Part shown: positions 26,201 to 38,239 of the stretch, piece after piece
Numbering within the stretch: the stretch's first letter is position 1
Layout of the letters: every line of letters begins with the position of its first letter
DNA from: Amoebophrya sp. A120
Lineage: Eukaryota; Protista; Dinoflagellata
Direction: 5' to 3'
NCBI GenBank assembly: GCA_905178155.1
Contig: CAJINV010000015.1
Coordinates: 1,045,969 to 1,109,968 of the forward strand
DNA: 64,000 bases
Notes under the pieces: generated by a model
The model's input: only the letters and a program-made list of their open reading frames with translations
Database searches by the model: none
What the model was told of the DNA's origin: nothing
Translations under genes and position numbers: made by a program

Positions 26201-29200
26201 TTTTGTCGCAAATTCGGAGAGGAAAGATTCTTTCTTGTAATTCCCCCTGACCAGCTGGTTCAGCCTTTCCTCCCTTTCCTTCGGTGACAACTGGAGTCTT
26301 TTTCCCTTTGATACTCCTTTCCGCGAACCAGACCCTACGCTTGTTCCTGGCGAGTATTTCATCTCGGAGTCCGAAGCGCCGTCCGAATCGGAATCATTTT
26401 CCTCGTGGTCTATTTCTCGTTCATTATGCGCATGAAGATCCTCTCTTTTCCACTTCGCCTTCACCTTTCTTTCCAGTTTTCGCAGCTGTTTGTTATTGAT
26501 TTCTAATTCCATGGTCCCGTCGCTGTTACTATTTCCAGCTGGTGCACAACCCGGGTGTAGAATCTCTTCCATAAATTCGATCAACAACTCCCGTCGCTCC
26601 TCCTCCTCGTCCTCCTCGTCTTCCTCTTTATCAAACTGTCCATTCGCAAATCGATCCCCGACGAGAAATTGCAAACCGCCGGGCCCCCGATTCACACAGC
26701 TCTCCTGCTGCGCAAGCAATTGCGACGCAGAGGCGGAGTTTAAACTCGAGTTACTCGCTGACTTCATCAAGTTCATCGGCATTTTGATCATTTTCTGAAA
26801 ATTCGCCCCGTTCGTCAGCCCATTGCTGCAGTTCCAGGTGAATTCCTTGTTTTTGTAGTAAACTTTTCCGCTAGTCGCGGTATTCGACATTAGTAGCCGC
26901 AGTTGGTGGGAAAGGGACTGCGCCGCCCGTTCCGACTCTAATTTTGAACTCGAAGTGTGGCTGGAATTTTTCCCGTACGGATTGTACTGCGATGCTGTGT
27001 GGGAAAACGCTTGGTAAGTCGAGGAAGTCCCGTGCGACTGCAGGCCGAAATTTTGCAACGACATAGAGCCGGCGGCAGACGCAGCTTCGTCGTGGTGCTC
27101 CCGGGTCGTGGCCTGATAGCATTGGGTTACTAATTTTCTATGTTGTTTTATACACAACACAAATGGATGATCTTGATCACCATGTTCAAGAAGCGAGGTG
27201 GATTCGATTGGCATTGTTTTTCGTGCATGACAACTTTGAACTTCAAACGCAAATGATTGAAGCGCCGGAGGAAAAAAAAATAAAAATGAGATCATCGCCG
27301 CTAGTAATTATACCAGCTGCTGCGCCACCGGGTTCATGCTTGCCTGCAGTGCCGAAATCGGCCCCATGATGCTGTTTCGCGCTGTGCTGCGGGGAAACGA
27401 TGGCACTAGAAACTGCTCTCGCACGACGGATCCGCGACAGCTGTTGGACTTTATGCATTGCAAAAATTAAAATATCGCACTGGTATAAATTGCATCACAA
27501 ATTTTTGCAAGAAGAAAAAATGAAATTTGTCACGCTGACTAAGGTAGAGAATTAGATTTGTCAAGCATGACCACTGCAACCGATACGATTACGAGTGCGA
27601 TACTTTTGCAATGCATAGACTTCTGTACTGGCTGATTCGGGTATGAGACTGCACAACTCCCCCTCCCCGTCATTTGTAATGCAAAACCCCAAGTCCAAGT
27701 GCTAAGCTACCTTGTGGCGCTCTTTGCATGACAGATTCCGGAAGCCCAAACAGTACTGCACTAGGCGTATGAATTTGCCATGCACAGGCTCCACGTGTGC
27801 TGGGGTTTGTCTTGCTGCACATGCCATTCAAATGAGGGGGAGGGGGACGAGTTGTGCACTGTCATATCGGGATCAAAAGGCTCGACGGGACGTTTAAGCG
27901 GAACGAAGCCCTCGGGTTCACGGCACTTCCACCCGTGAAAATCGAGTTATGACGAGAGGGCACAAGAACTTTCATTTTTCCCCCGTCATTTGCGATTTTT
28001 TGCCATGCAAAATTAGACCCAGTCACCCTTTGCTGCCTTAATAGCCTTGTGCGGTCACTGTTCGCATGGCCAGAACTTCCGGAAGCAGCCCAAACACTAT
28101 GTGCATTTGGCGCGGCGTGAACTTCTTGTTATGCTGATGTGGTGGTGATGATGATGTGGTGGTGTTTGTATTTTTGCTGCTCATGTCGTACAAATGACAG
28201 AGGAAGTAGGGCAGTAGTTCTTGTGCACTCTCATACGAGTTTATCAAATGTAAAAATGTCTGGGTCTGGAAGAGTCATGCTGTTTTTGCATGACACAGAA
28301 GGTCTGGCATGAAAGCTCTAGCATCACAGGTTTCGAGAAGCTTCCGCAATGCCGAATCCGCATGACAAATCTCCTACTTTGCTGACAGAAAGTGGGCAGC
28401 TTTTGCTACGTATGCATGAGAGACTTTTCTGTGTTCTGAAATACGCATTACAAGTTGCCTTCTTCCAGACCCAGACATTTTTACATTTGATAGAGTTCCG
28501 ACTTGTCCCAAAGGTCGTGGTGTTCCGCGGCGCTTTCAAACTACTTTGCCCTGCTCCAGGCGTCTATAACAGGGCACAACTCCCCCTCCCTCTCATTTGT
28601 CATGCAAAATACCGAATCCAGTCGCTGCCTTGTGGCACTGTTTGCATGACAAATTCTGGAATCCCAAACAGTACTACACGAGGCACATAAATTTGTCATG
28701 CACAGGATCCACGTGTGGCGGTGTTTGTATTGCTCTTCGTGCAACACAAATGAGGGGGAGGGGGAGTTGTGCACTCTCATACCGTCTCTCCCAGATATGC
28801 TTCGTCGCCATCTGCTCCTCCTTCGTGCTGACCCCCCACGCGGCCGTGTGCTAGGTGCATGTCAAAAGCCGCTGGTGCTGCACCGGATTTATTTCCTAGG
28901 TTGCTGCTCCCACTGGTGTTATTACCGCTTGCTGTACTATTTGCTGAGGTTGCCAGGATAGAAAACCGCTGTTGGTTCTGGCTTGGCGAGGACATAAAAC
29001 CGTTGACGCCGAGAGTGATTCGACGAGAATTTCGGTTATTTCTGAGGTCATTTGCGGTTGTACTGTTGCCCCCCAGGATCCTGCTACCTGGGGACGTCGC
29101 TGTGCCTTCTTCATCGTCATCAAAACTTAACTCCTCGATGTCTTCTGGTAGCAACGCCAAAGCATTGTACTCTGATTTTCGTCTAGCCGAGAGCGTTTTC

Positions 29201-32200
29201 CGCCGCTGCGCGCTGAAACCACCGGATGTTGATCCATTCGCGGTTGCACTACCGCCAGAACAACTCCCGTCGTCTTCTGCGGCAGCCTCGGTCAACACCT
29301 TCGTCTCCAAAATCGCCCCCAAATCGCTGATGCTATTGCGTTTCTGCGTCATCATCACGGAATTGCGCCGGGGCTGGAGATTCAGGGTTTGAACTTCCGG
29401 CTCGTAGTGATCAATTGCTGGTGGAGGTGCTGGTGGTGGAGCAGAGGTTGTTGTAGCTGCTGCACTTCCACCTTCGTGTGTTGTAGTTGTAGTTCCACCG
29501 ACGCCAGATGATATCAAACCAAACGCCAGCAGTTCCGATTCCGCGGCGGACTGACGGGAGGATTGCGGCTCGTCGGAGATCGATTCTCATGCATTGCAAA
29601 AACGTCTGGGTGTGGAAACTTGTGATGCTGAACTATGGATGACTGAAACATTTGCCAATGCAGCCAATCATGACAATTTTGCAGAACGCTACCTTTGTCC
29701 AGTCCGCATGAGTAGAAACTGCGCTTTTGTACGAACAAAGAGGGCGTCTGTTTTTTGTTAGTCATGCAATACAGATTTTACAGGAACGTAGGGCTAGCAT
29801 CACAAGTTCCATGTTTCCAGACCCAGACATATTATTTGCAATCCATAATTCTGCTGAGTTTACGACGACCGCTGGCGCGTTTTTAGAGGAACTCTTGTTA
29901 ATATTTGTTCCTAAAGCGTTAGAAGCGGTTGCGTTTGTGGTCCCCACACCGAGCAATTTGTTGATGTTCAACATTGTCAACGGCGCAATCTGGCTGTTCA
30001 CGTCCCTCAATGATTTCCTGCTATTCACGGATCTTCTTGCCATCGAATGCCGGATGTTTCGCTGGGAAGCAGTGGGCTGGGGTCCTTTGTTCGTACTATG
30101 ATTGTTGCCATACGAGCTCAGGTGATCATTCTGGTGCTGCAAGTGATGAAACAGCTGGGCCGTTGTCCCCCCGCCGGGCACTTCGGATTTCCGCGGGCTG
30201 TGGTGGTGATTGCCGGAGGACGTTGTCGCGTGATGCGAAGATATGCATTGCAAAAGCATCGTACTAGTGGGAATTGCATTACAAATTAGCCCAGCATGAC
30301 AAATTGAATTTGTAATGGTGATTTACCTTAACAAAGAGGTTTGTAATGCATAAACGCAATTACTACGAGTACGATACTTTTGCACAGGATAGAAGAATTT
30401 GATGACCAATAATTCCCCCGCTCCGAAAAATTCATGCTGCCGTTCAAGGTCACTGAAGTCACAGACGTGCGCTCGGAATTGATGCTATGAAATGCAAAAA
30501 TGTCTGGGTCTGGAAACTTGTGATGCAAGTCAGTCAATAACAAACGCACTGTAATGCGCCGCCAAGCATGACAAGTTGCTTCGTGCTTCTGCGCTGCGTA
30601 TTCCGCATGAGAAACCGCGTTTTTGCATGACAGGCGAGAGAGGCTGTTTGTGGCCACGCAATACAGATTTAAGGGCCATGCCAGATCAGCATGACAAATC
30701 TCGCAATCTCCAGACCCAGACATTTTTGCATTTGATAGATGCTATTCTCATGCATGTTGGAGGCCGTAGAGCTGCGGTCGCTGTTTTAGTTTTAGATTTA
30801 GTCGATTTTGTTTTGATGTCAATTAAATCGCCATAGAAATAACCGCCCATGCGCATGCTGTGCGTAGTTGCTTGTAGTAGGCAGTAGCAGCGCGTCGAGA
30901 GCACAAAAATAAAAGCACTTCTAGTCTAGTTCTAGTATAAATACCCGCCAATCCCCATTGCCGTTCTCGTACTGGAAGTCGAGGCTCGGTGCAATTGCCC
31001 CCTCCCGCCCCTCGGAGACGATGCAGCTGACATCGACGTCCCGTGATTGTTCCCATATCCATGATTTATTCCCGCCTTGATGTGCGTATTATGCGGCTTT
31101 TTTCTACTCTTATTCTGACCACCAAGAGCTGGTCCTCCCGATGCTCCTGCTTGGGAGGATGAAAAGTTCTGATTCATTCCATTGTTTTGCCCGTTGTGCA
31201 ATTGCTGGCGCAACTGCTCGTGGTAGGTGGAAACCAAATCTTTTGAGCTGGTCGCGGAAGTTGTAGACGACGATGAAAAGCCGAATAAAGGACCTGGTGA
31301 AGTCGCCGACGCTGCATCTTTACCATTCAAATTTCCACCTCCGAACTGCTGGTGCAATTGAGAAAAAGTGCTGTCATAGCTGCTCGGGCTCAACCGCTGG
31401 GACGGATCTCGACTCGTCGTGTAGGATCGGGGGGAGGGGGGTTTCAGGATTATTTGGTTACCACTGCTCTTGCTATTCGCGGCCCCGGGCCCGCTTTGCG
31501 TGCCATGATTTCCCACGATCACACCATTGCCACCATTTCTCTGATCCAGTAATGACGTGCTCGTCCCGTGATGATCATAATTCTGGTTCGAAGTGTATCG
31601 CATGAAAAAACTGTCTCAATCTCATACAAAAATCTCTTGGAGATGACTCAGCAATGAATGCAAATTGGAATTCTCGTCTCAGCATGACACGGAAATAAAG
31701 AACCTGTGATGCGTTAGACACAACATCGAGGGAAAACACACAGGAGGAAGGACGACTTTCTATTGATTCTTCTTCTTGCATGCCGAGCATGACAAAAAAC
31801 TATCTCAAGGAAGTTGCGCAATACACGTTGAAACTGAGACATCTTTTTCTCGCGATAAGATAACCGGCTTCACGCCACTGACAATCCCTTGCACGGTCAG
31901 CGCAATTTTTTCCAGATCTCGCGGGAAATGGAGTAAGCAGTTGAAAAACGCGTCGCGGTTTAAGCACTTCAGACTCGCGGGCTTCTCCCCGATCACCACG
32001 GCGGTGTTGACTCTTTTTTCCAATAACCCGAGAAAGCCAAACTCGCCGAAAAAAGCATCCTTCGTCACCTCGATCTCTTGCTCTTCGTAGGTGGAAATGA
32101 GACGAATGATGCCGGATTTCAGGAGGTACAGACACGGCTCGCTGGCTCTGCTTGCCGTGGTGGTAGCAGCACTTGATACAACATTTTCCGGCGCTGCCCC

Positions 32201-33233
32201 CGTCGTGGCAGAAAATGATGTTGAACAAGCTCCTGAAGTACTATTTCCCGCATGCGGCCCGGTTTCTTCGCCCTCGAAGTAGATGACTGATCCCGGTTTC
32301 ACGTCTTTCACGGTGACAAACCGTTTTGCCAGGAAATGTAGGAACTGGGCCGAGACGTGCTCTAAGAAACCTAGACTATGCAATGCAAAAGCATCCCATC
32401 GTACTAGTACAAATTGCATTAGCCCAGCATTACAAATCAAATTTGTAATGCTGATTTATCTTGAGAGTAAAGAGATTTGTCATGCATAAACGCAATTACT
32501 ACGAGTACAATACCTTTGCACAGGATATAGATTCCGCAGCAGCAATTCGTCCCCCTTCAGTTTCTTCGGCGGGTGAAACCCAGAAATCCCCGTGTTGCTG
32601 ATGTTGCTTGTATCAACCCTAAAAGTATCGCGTAGTAATTCTAATTGCAACTTCGCATGACAAATCTGGCTCCTTTGGTCGTAATTTAGCACGACAAATT
32701 GCACCTGTCTACATGCTGAGCAAATTTATATGATCATGCTGGTTACTACTAGCACGATACTTTAACTTCTTTTGCGATGCCTAGTTTGACTTGTGGAACA
32801 AGTTTTTTCCCTGCCAGTCAATCTTGTATCAACTGTAAAAATGTCTGGGTCTGGAAGATTCTGACACTTGTCATGCACGTTTTGCATGAGCCATGATGTC
32901 TGTGATGCATACCCTAGCAATACAATTTTTTTGAGGGCTTCTTGATGCGTAATCCGCATGACAAATGCCTTCTCAGTGTAGCAAAAATTGCAGTTCCTTT
33001 GGTACTCATGCAATGCAGATTTTTTTGGAATCCAAACGCAGCATCACAAGTTGCATTCTTCCAGACCCAGACATTTTTACATTTGATATCTTGTTGATGA
33101 TGACATTGTGCTGGGCCACCGTCGCGGTCTGGTGGTTCTGGAGTGGATGTTTGTGCGGCGGGGAAGGTGAGGCAGTCGTGCTGGGAAAGGAACTCTGCAC
33201 GTGGATGAGCAAAGGATCTTCCATGGACGTCAT
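23246..33233 (-). CDS. Large low-complexity protein with N-terminal cyclic-nucleotide-binding domain
   Basis: ORF 31805..32440 has PGSVIYFEGE, LYLLKSGII, FFGEFGFL, RVNTAV (cNMP-binding signature). Downstream S/N/G-rich exons join in frame after introner removal (e.g. SLEKHYRR-KKVYDEG) to TAG 23246-23248. Some internal junctions (about 31600-31860) are unresolved. Confidence 0.65.
23324..23680. mobile_element. Degenerate introner, family D
   Basis: D-like TIR remnants; joining at the shared GTAT restores VVIRESEALE; ends imprecise. Confidence 0.55.
23724..25774. mobile_element. Oversize family B introner (2051 bp) with internal insert
   Basis: B TIRs, TSD TCCGC; removal restores HYRRKKVY; 32-bp direct repeats at 23833-23864 and 25696-25727. 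Confidence 0.8.
27452..27617. mobile_element. Introner, family B
   Basis: TSD GACTT. Confidence 0.85.
27642..27866. mobile_element. Introner, family F (TATGAGAGTGCACAACTCCCCCTCCCC)
   Basis: TSD TCGGG. Confidence 0.85.
27948..28235. mobile_element. Introner, diverged family F
   Basis: TSD CGAGT. Confidence 0.75.
28242..28492. mobile_element. Introner, family A
   Basis: TSD GAGTT. Confidence 0.85.
28565..28781. mobile_element. Introner, family F
   Basis: TSD GCGTC/CCGTC. Confidence 0.85.
29588..29847. mobile_element. Introner, family A
   Basis: TSD ATTCT; left end CAT. Confidence 0.8.
30242..30391. mobile_element. Introner, family B
   Basis: TSD GAAGA. Confidence 0.85.
30486..30737. mobile_element. 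Introner, family A
   Basis: TSD GATGC. Confidence 0.85.
32377..32527. mobile_element. Introner, family B
   Basis: TSD TAGAC/TAGAT. Confidence 0.85.
32827..33088. mobile_element. Introner, family A
   Basis: TSD TCTTG. Confidence 0.85.
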
Positions 33234-34211
33234 GGTTTTGATATTAAAGTGTGTCTACTTTAAAATCTTTCCGAGCGTACAATCTTCGCAATGCTCCACC
33301 TTGTGGTCGCGAGAAGGACGAGACTCAGCAACTCACACAACGCAATAACCTCTTCCATGATAGATCTACACGCGTAATGTCGAATGACACAAGGAGAAGT
33401 CGAAGTGTCGTAAGTATGAAAAATAAACCTGAACCGTGCGATTCAGTGCAGTAGCCTCTCTTGCTGTAGTTGAGCTCCCACAGCTCCGTGTCTGTTCCCC
33501 TTCCCTCCATGTGCCGTGTCTTGCTATTAATAAACACGCGTCGTGCACGACCTCTCCAGCTCTTTACTACAGAACGAAAAACATAAGTCCAGAATCAGAC
33601 ACGAACGGTTCCCGGCAGGGCGCTTTCACGAACCAAGCGTGGGGGAAAAGATACGAGCCTCCTCCTGGAGGCGTCTCGTCTACTTGCTTTTTTTGTGTTT
33701 TCAAGTTGTAGAAATGCATCGCAAATTTAGCGATTGTTCGGCTCAATAATCTACTTCCAAGCCAATGTTTGAGCAAGACAGGAAGTCGAGCGTGGTGGTT
33801 TTTTGAAAATTCTTGTACTGCACCTTTCACGTGGTGGCCCACGGCGAAGCTGAGAAAGCTTACTTTTGTATCAACTAGCTCGGTATCAGTGTTCCTCGTT
33901 TATTTGATGAAGTATTGTTCCTTGTTCATTTGATATACTTGTCTACGAACTATCATTGTCTGCTGGGACGGAGAGCGGCCTTTTTATCTTTATCATCAAT
34001 GCCTTTTGATAACTAGAAGCACGCGACGCATCTGAGTGGATCATTTGTAGCCTGGTGCTGTTCTTACTTGGTATCATCCAGAATAGTGCGCGACTTGCCT
34101 CCCCATTTCTACCATTAGCTCCGCGCGCTACTTTTTTCTCCTAGTCTATCCTCGTCGTTATATTTCGGTTTGCCCGAAGATGAAAATCGGCTGCGATCGA
34201 AGACGCCGAAG

Positions 34212-35173
34212 CTACTTCTTCTGCTTGCCCGCGCGACCCAAGTCCTGCAGGTCGCTCGGCACCGCGTAGCTGCGCCGCAAAGCCGCCGCCGGGGGCCTGG
34301 CGTCGGCGTAGGTCATCCCTGGTGGGGGTCGCACACTGTACAGGTGTTTCTCGGCCGGCGAGAGGGTAGGCGTCGTGCGGAAAATAAATGTAGTACCAGC
34401 GCCACACGTGACAACACTAACACTTCGCGTTTTCTACGAAAATAGAGGCCCTCGCCTTTTGCAAAACGAAAACCAAAATAACAACGCAGTCAGATTCAGA
34501 TAAATAAACACGGGTGGGGCGAGGGGCCGACTATAGGCAGCGCAGTTTTTATATATGAAAAGCGCGCCGGCGCCCAGGCATGACGCTGGTGCCTCAACAT
34601 TACGCATGATACGCGTCAGCCGGATGAACTGGCCACCGTCACCGCTGCTGCAGTGGTATGCAATGCAAAAGCATCGCACAACTAGTATAAATTGCATTAC
34701 AAATTCCCCCAGCATTACAAATTCAATTTGTAGTGCTGAGTGACCTCGAGAAATGCATAAATGCAATTACTACTACGGGTACGATACTTTTACACAGGAT
34801 AAGTGGGCCCGGTACGCCGGCGCGTTGGCGACGAAGGAAAGTATGCAATGCAAAAGTATCGTACTCGTAGTAATCGCAGTTGTGCACTACAAATCTCCAT
34901 CCAAAGGTAAAACAGCATGACAAATCTTATTTCTCATGATGAGCAAATTTGTAATGCAATTCATACTAGTACGCTGCTTCTGCAATGCATAGAAAAGCAT
35001 CGTGGCCCGTTCCATTGGATCGGGGGGCCAATACGAATTTCGTATTGGCCCGCCGATGCAGCAGTGGAAACCAACCCTGGCGCGACCGCCGGCGTCTTCA
35101 TCAGGCCAGCGCGGGTCATGAACGTCATCCGGTCGGCGCGCGGCTGCACGACGAATGTGTCTTGAGCGGCCAT
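34212..35173 (-). CDS. Small hypothetical protein
   Basis: ATG 35173 (MAAQDTFVVQ...). Frame is restored across introners 34842-34991 and 34657-34801 (RCFSFVANAPAYRAHCSSG). The last exon ending GKQKK* is inferred across a GACGC direct-repeat intron. Confidence 0.5.
34657..34801. mobile_element. Introner, family B
   Basis: TSD AGTGG. Confidence 0.85.
34842..34991. mobile_element. Introner, family B
   Basis: TSD GAAAG/GAAAA. Confidence 0.85.
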
Positions 35174-38100
35174 TTTAATATCGTTGTGGCAACAACTAGA
35201 ATTTTTGAGGTGGCAGAGAAAAAATAGAACTAGAGCTCTACTACGACGAAGAAGAACCACCGGTATGACAAGTACGGGAGAGGCGCTCCCTTTACAACCC
35301 GAGCGAAAACAAAAACAAAAAAGTCAGGACCACTAAGTACGGAGAAACAGATCCTCAACCTTGACCACACAGGGAACCAAAAAAAGATGATCTTTCACTG
35401 GGTGAGGAACAAAGAATGAAAGGCTAAGGATCCACAAAGTCAAAGACGGCGATACTCCATAATCTTAATTTTCAGGTGAGACAAACAAGAACCGATCCAT
35501 TGGAACGGAGAGAAGGGTGAAACGGTACACGAGCGAAAGTCATCTTTGAACTGACCGAGGAGGGATCATGATCAACATTTTCATTTGCATCTGCAATCGC
35601 ACCACGAAAAGTAGAAGCCGATCACTTCCGGAACAACATAAGTAGAAGATACATCCCAAGCTCCATCTTGTCATTACGTTGTATGTTTGATGTTTATTTT
35701 GGAGTTCTGTATTCTCAAAAGTTGTTTTTCAGAGTCAGTATAGAAGAAATCAGGAATCAAAATCCGGCCTGGGCCTGCTTCATCTTGGTTCTAGAAAAAT
35801 CGGCATAGCTGTAGTCATCAAAAACTTTTTCAACTAGATTATAGTTTCTTCGAATTTTATTTAATCTTTGAGGTCGAGCTAGGCTCACATTTCCTGCAGA
35901 ACCCTGGTTACGAATACCTAGTGGTATTGAGATTGCAATACAAATACTACCTTGTCATCATCTTTTGTTCGTTTATGTTTTTGTTGTTGACCAATGGGTG
36001 CTACAATGAATCCGAATTCGGATCGCGTAAAGCTCCCAACCAGTCGCGGTCTGCTTAGTTGCTTCAATCATCGTCCTCTTTGAGTATTGTTATCTGTACG
36101 AAAAAAAGTTTGGAAAATCTAGCTTCATCGCTATCTGTAGCTTCGATGTCCAGAGCAAAGAAAAAAACTTCAGTGTTGAGCATCAACATTCGCAACCCTT
36201 GTTGGCGAAAAAAATTCAAATTGAAAAATCAATATCAAAGCTTGATCTGCTTGGCCTACTGATGTAAGCTCTATTGCCAAAAAAAAAAATGGAAATCAAA
36301 AATCAGAGTTGGTACGCAAAAAAAAAGGAAATCTCCAAAAAAGCCTCAAAAGATCAAAAAGCGAGAAGAACCCCAGGTAAAGAACTTCCCCGGTCTAGTG
36401 TCGTGGACCGGCCTATAAATCTTCTTGCCTCCCATCCTGTAAGTCGACACCACCACGCGCTACTAGTACATGATCCTAGTACATGCTCCTCAGCGATGAA
36501 ACGAAGCGGAAGTGCCGTCTTTCCGGGGGCCCACTAGCGGTTCATTCGCAGGCCGTGTCATCTGTCGTAGTGGCGCCGCTTCCTCGCCTGCTTCCTCTTC
36601 TTCCTCACTGTCAGAGCAGTCCATCAGCCCGGGCGGTGGGACTTTCTTCACCGATTGCAAATTTTGCAGCACAGCGTTTTCCGGTATGGTGGGCAGTAAT
36701 TGCAGGAATCCAGACGATCGCCGACGCAGTGGCAAGCCATAGCCACCCACTGTTTGATGTTGGCTGGAGTAGAAGGAATAAACGCACCAGAATGCAAAGC
36801 AAAATCACCACTGCTCGCCTTTTTATATCTCATCGCGACTTATTGTTCGCTATATCGAATACGAGTAGACCGTGTAAGTATGTGTGTCCAGGAATAGATG
36901 ATCTTATGCAGCTGCAGAAGACGATGAGATAGCTCGTCATCACGCAATCATGGAGATTGTGCTTTCCATACTTCGATCTGCAGCATCCTCAGTTTGTTTG
37001 CGAAGGGACGATGAAGCGGCGGTCGAATCTTCAAATGTTGCGCTTCGAGTAACCAGAATGCCTAAACTTAGAGTTCTGCAGATTTGATTCTTGAAATTAG
37101 AATTTCTGAATCAATAAGTCTCACACCAACATCAAGTCGGCTGTACATGAGATCTGAAGAAGGAGGGTTAAACCAGCATCTTAATTATCAGACGAGTATA
37201 CGAAGAAATAGAAAAACGACACGAATACGAAATGGGATACACACGTGATCGTCTCGACAACGGAACAAAAAAGGAACAGGAAGCAAATGAGATCAAGAAA
37301 TGCAGCAAGTTGTGAATCACGGGATCTACTACAAAAGAAAGCAAATCAAATGCGAAAGCAAAACAAAAACTGCGTCTGTCGTAGGAGCATAGAGAAAAAC
37401 GAAACGAGAAACGGAAGTAGATCTTCTGGGGATTCGTCTTGAAAAGGCGAACTTCCTATTCTATTTTGCAACAGCGACCACAAAAAAACGCTAGCAGCCC
37501 GTTGTTCCTTTGTGCTCTAGAATCACCGTACTACGTGTGAGACTCCCGATGTTCGTCTCGTCGAGCGAGTGCGAGATCCATGTCCAAAGAAATGCTGTAC
37601 CGAACGAGCCACAGAAAGGCTTCATAATCAAAGTGATCACTTGAAGAGGTAGGTGCAAAAAAAGAACGGAAATCAACATGTCTTGTTGCGCTGGAACAAC
37701 CATTCCGCGCCTGTGGTCCTCGCGACGAGCTAGGTGCGCGTCTTTTTTCTTTTTCGCTCATGTATTGTTCATGTTCAATTATCGGTTTTGTCAGAAAAAT
37801 TCGAGTCCCTGCCGCGGGGCTTCAGTATTGAGCAAAATGTATTGAATGTGGTTGAATTCACGTGAATCGATGACACAATTTTTGTTCCACGACTCGTGTG
37901 ACACTATCACGTGAGCAGCGCGACACGTCGTGCCGCAGTCGAGATTTCGGGGCTCCGTCCGCCAGAATCGGAGAAGCGTGCAGCACGAAGACCGTTTTTC
38001 CAAAGGTCCACTCCCCGTAGTCTACTTCACAGAGAGTTGTACAACGATGTATCGCCGACGCTGACCTGTTTCGGTTTCGAATTTATGCAGTTAATTGTGT

Positions 38101-38239
38101 CCTCTGTCGCGCATGTTCTTACATGACTGAATGGACGTGATACAATTATAAAGCAATCCATCGTGTGGTTTTTCATTGGTCGCGCACAAAAAAAATCTCC
38201 GTACACAACACATCTTCTACAAGTAGTGGGTAAATTGTA

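Noticed and set aside
27452-30737. CRISPR-like repeat/spacer array
   Set aside because: Repeats are inverted pairs with TSDs, irregularly spaced inside eukaryotic genes; no cas genes.
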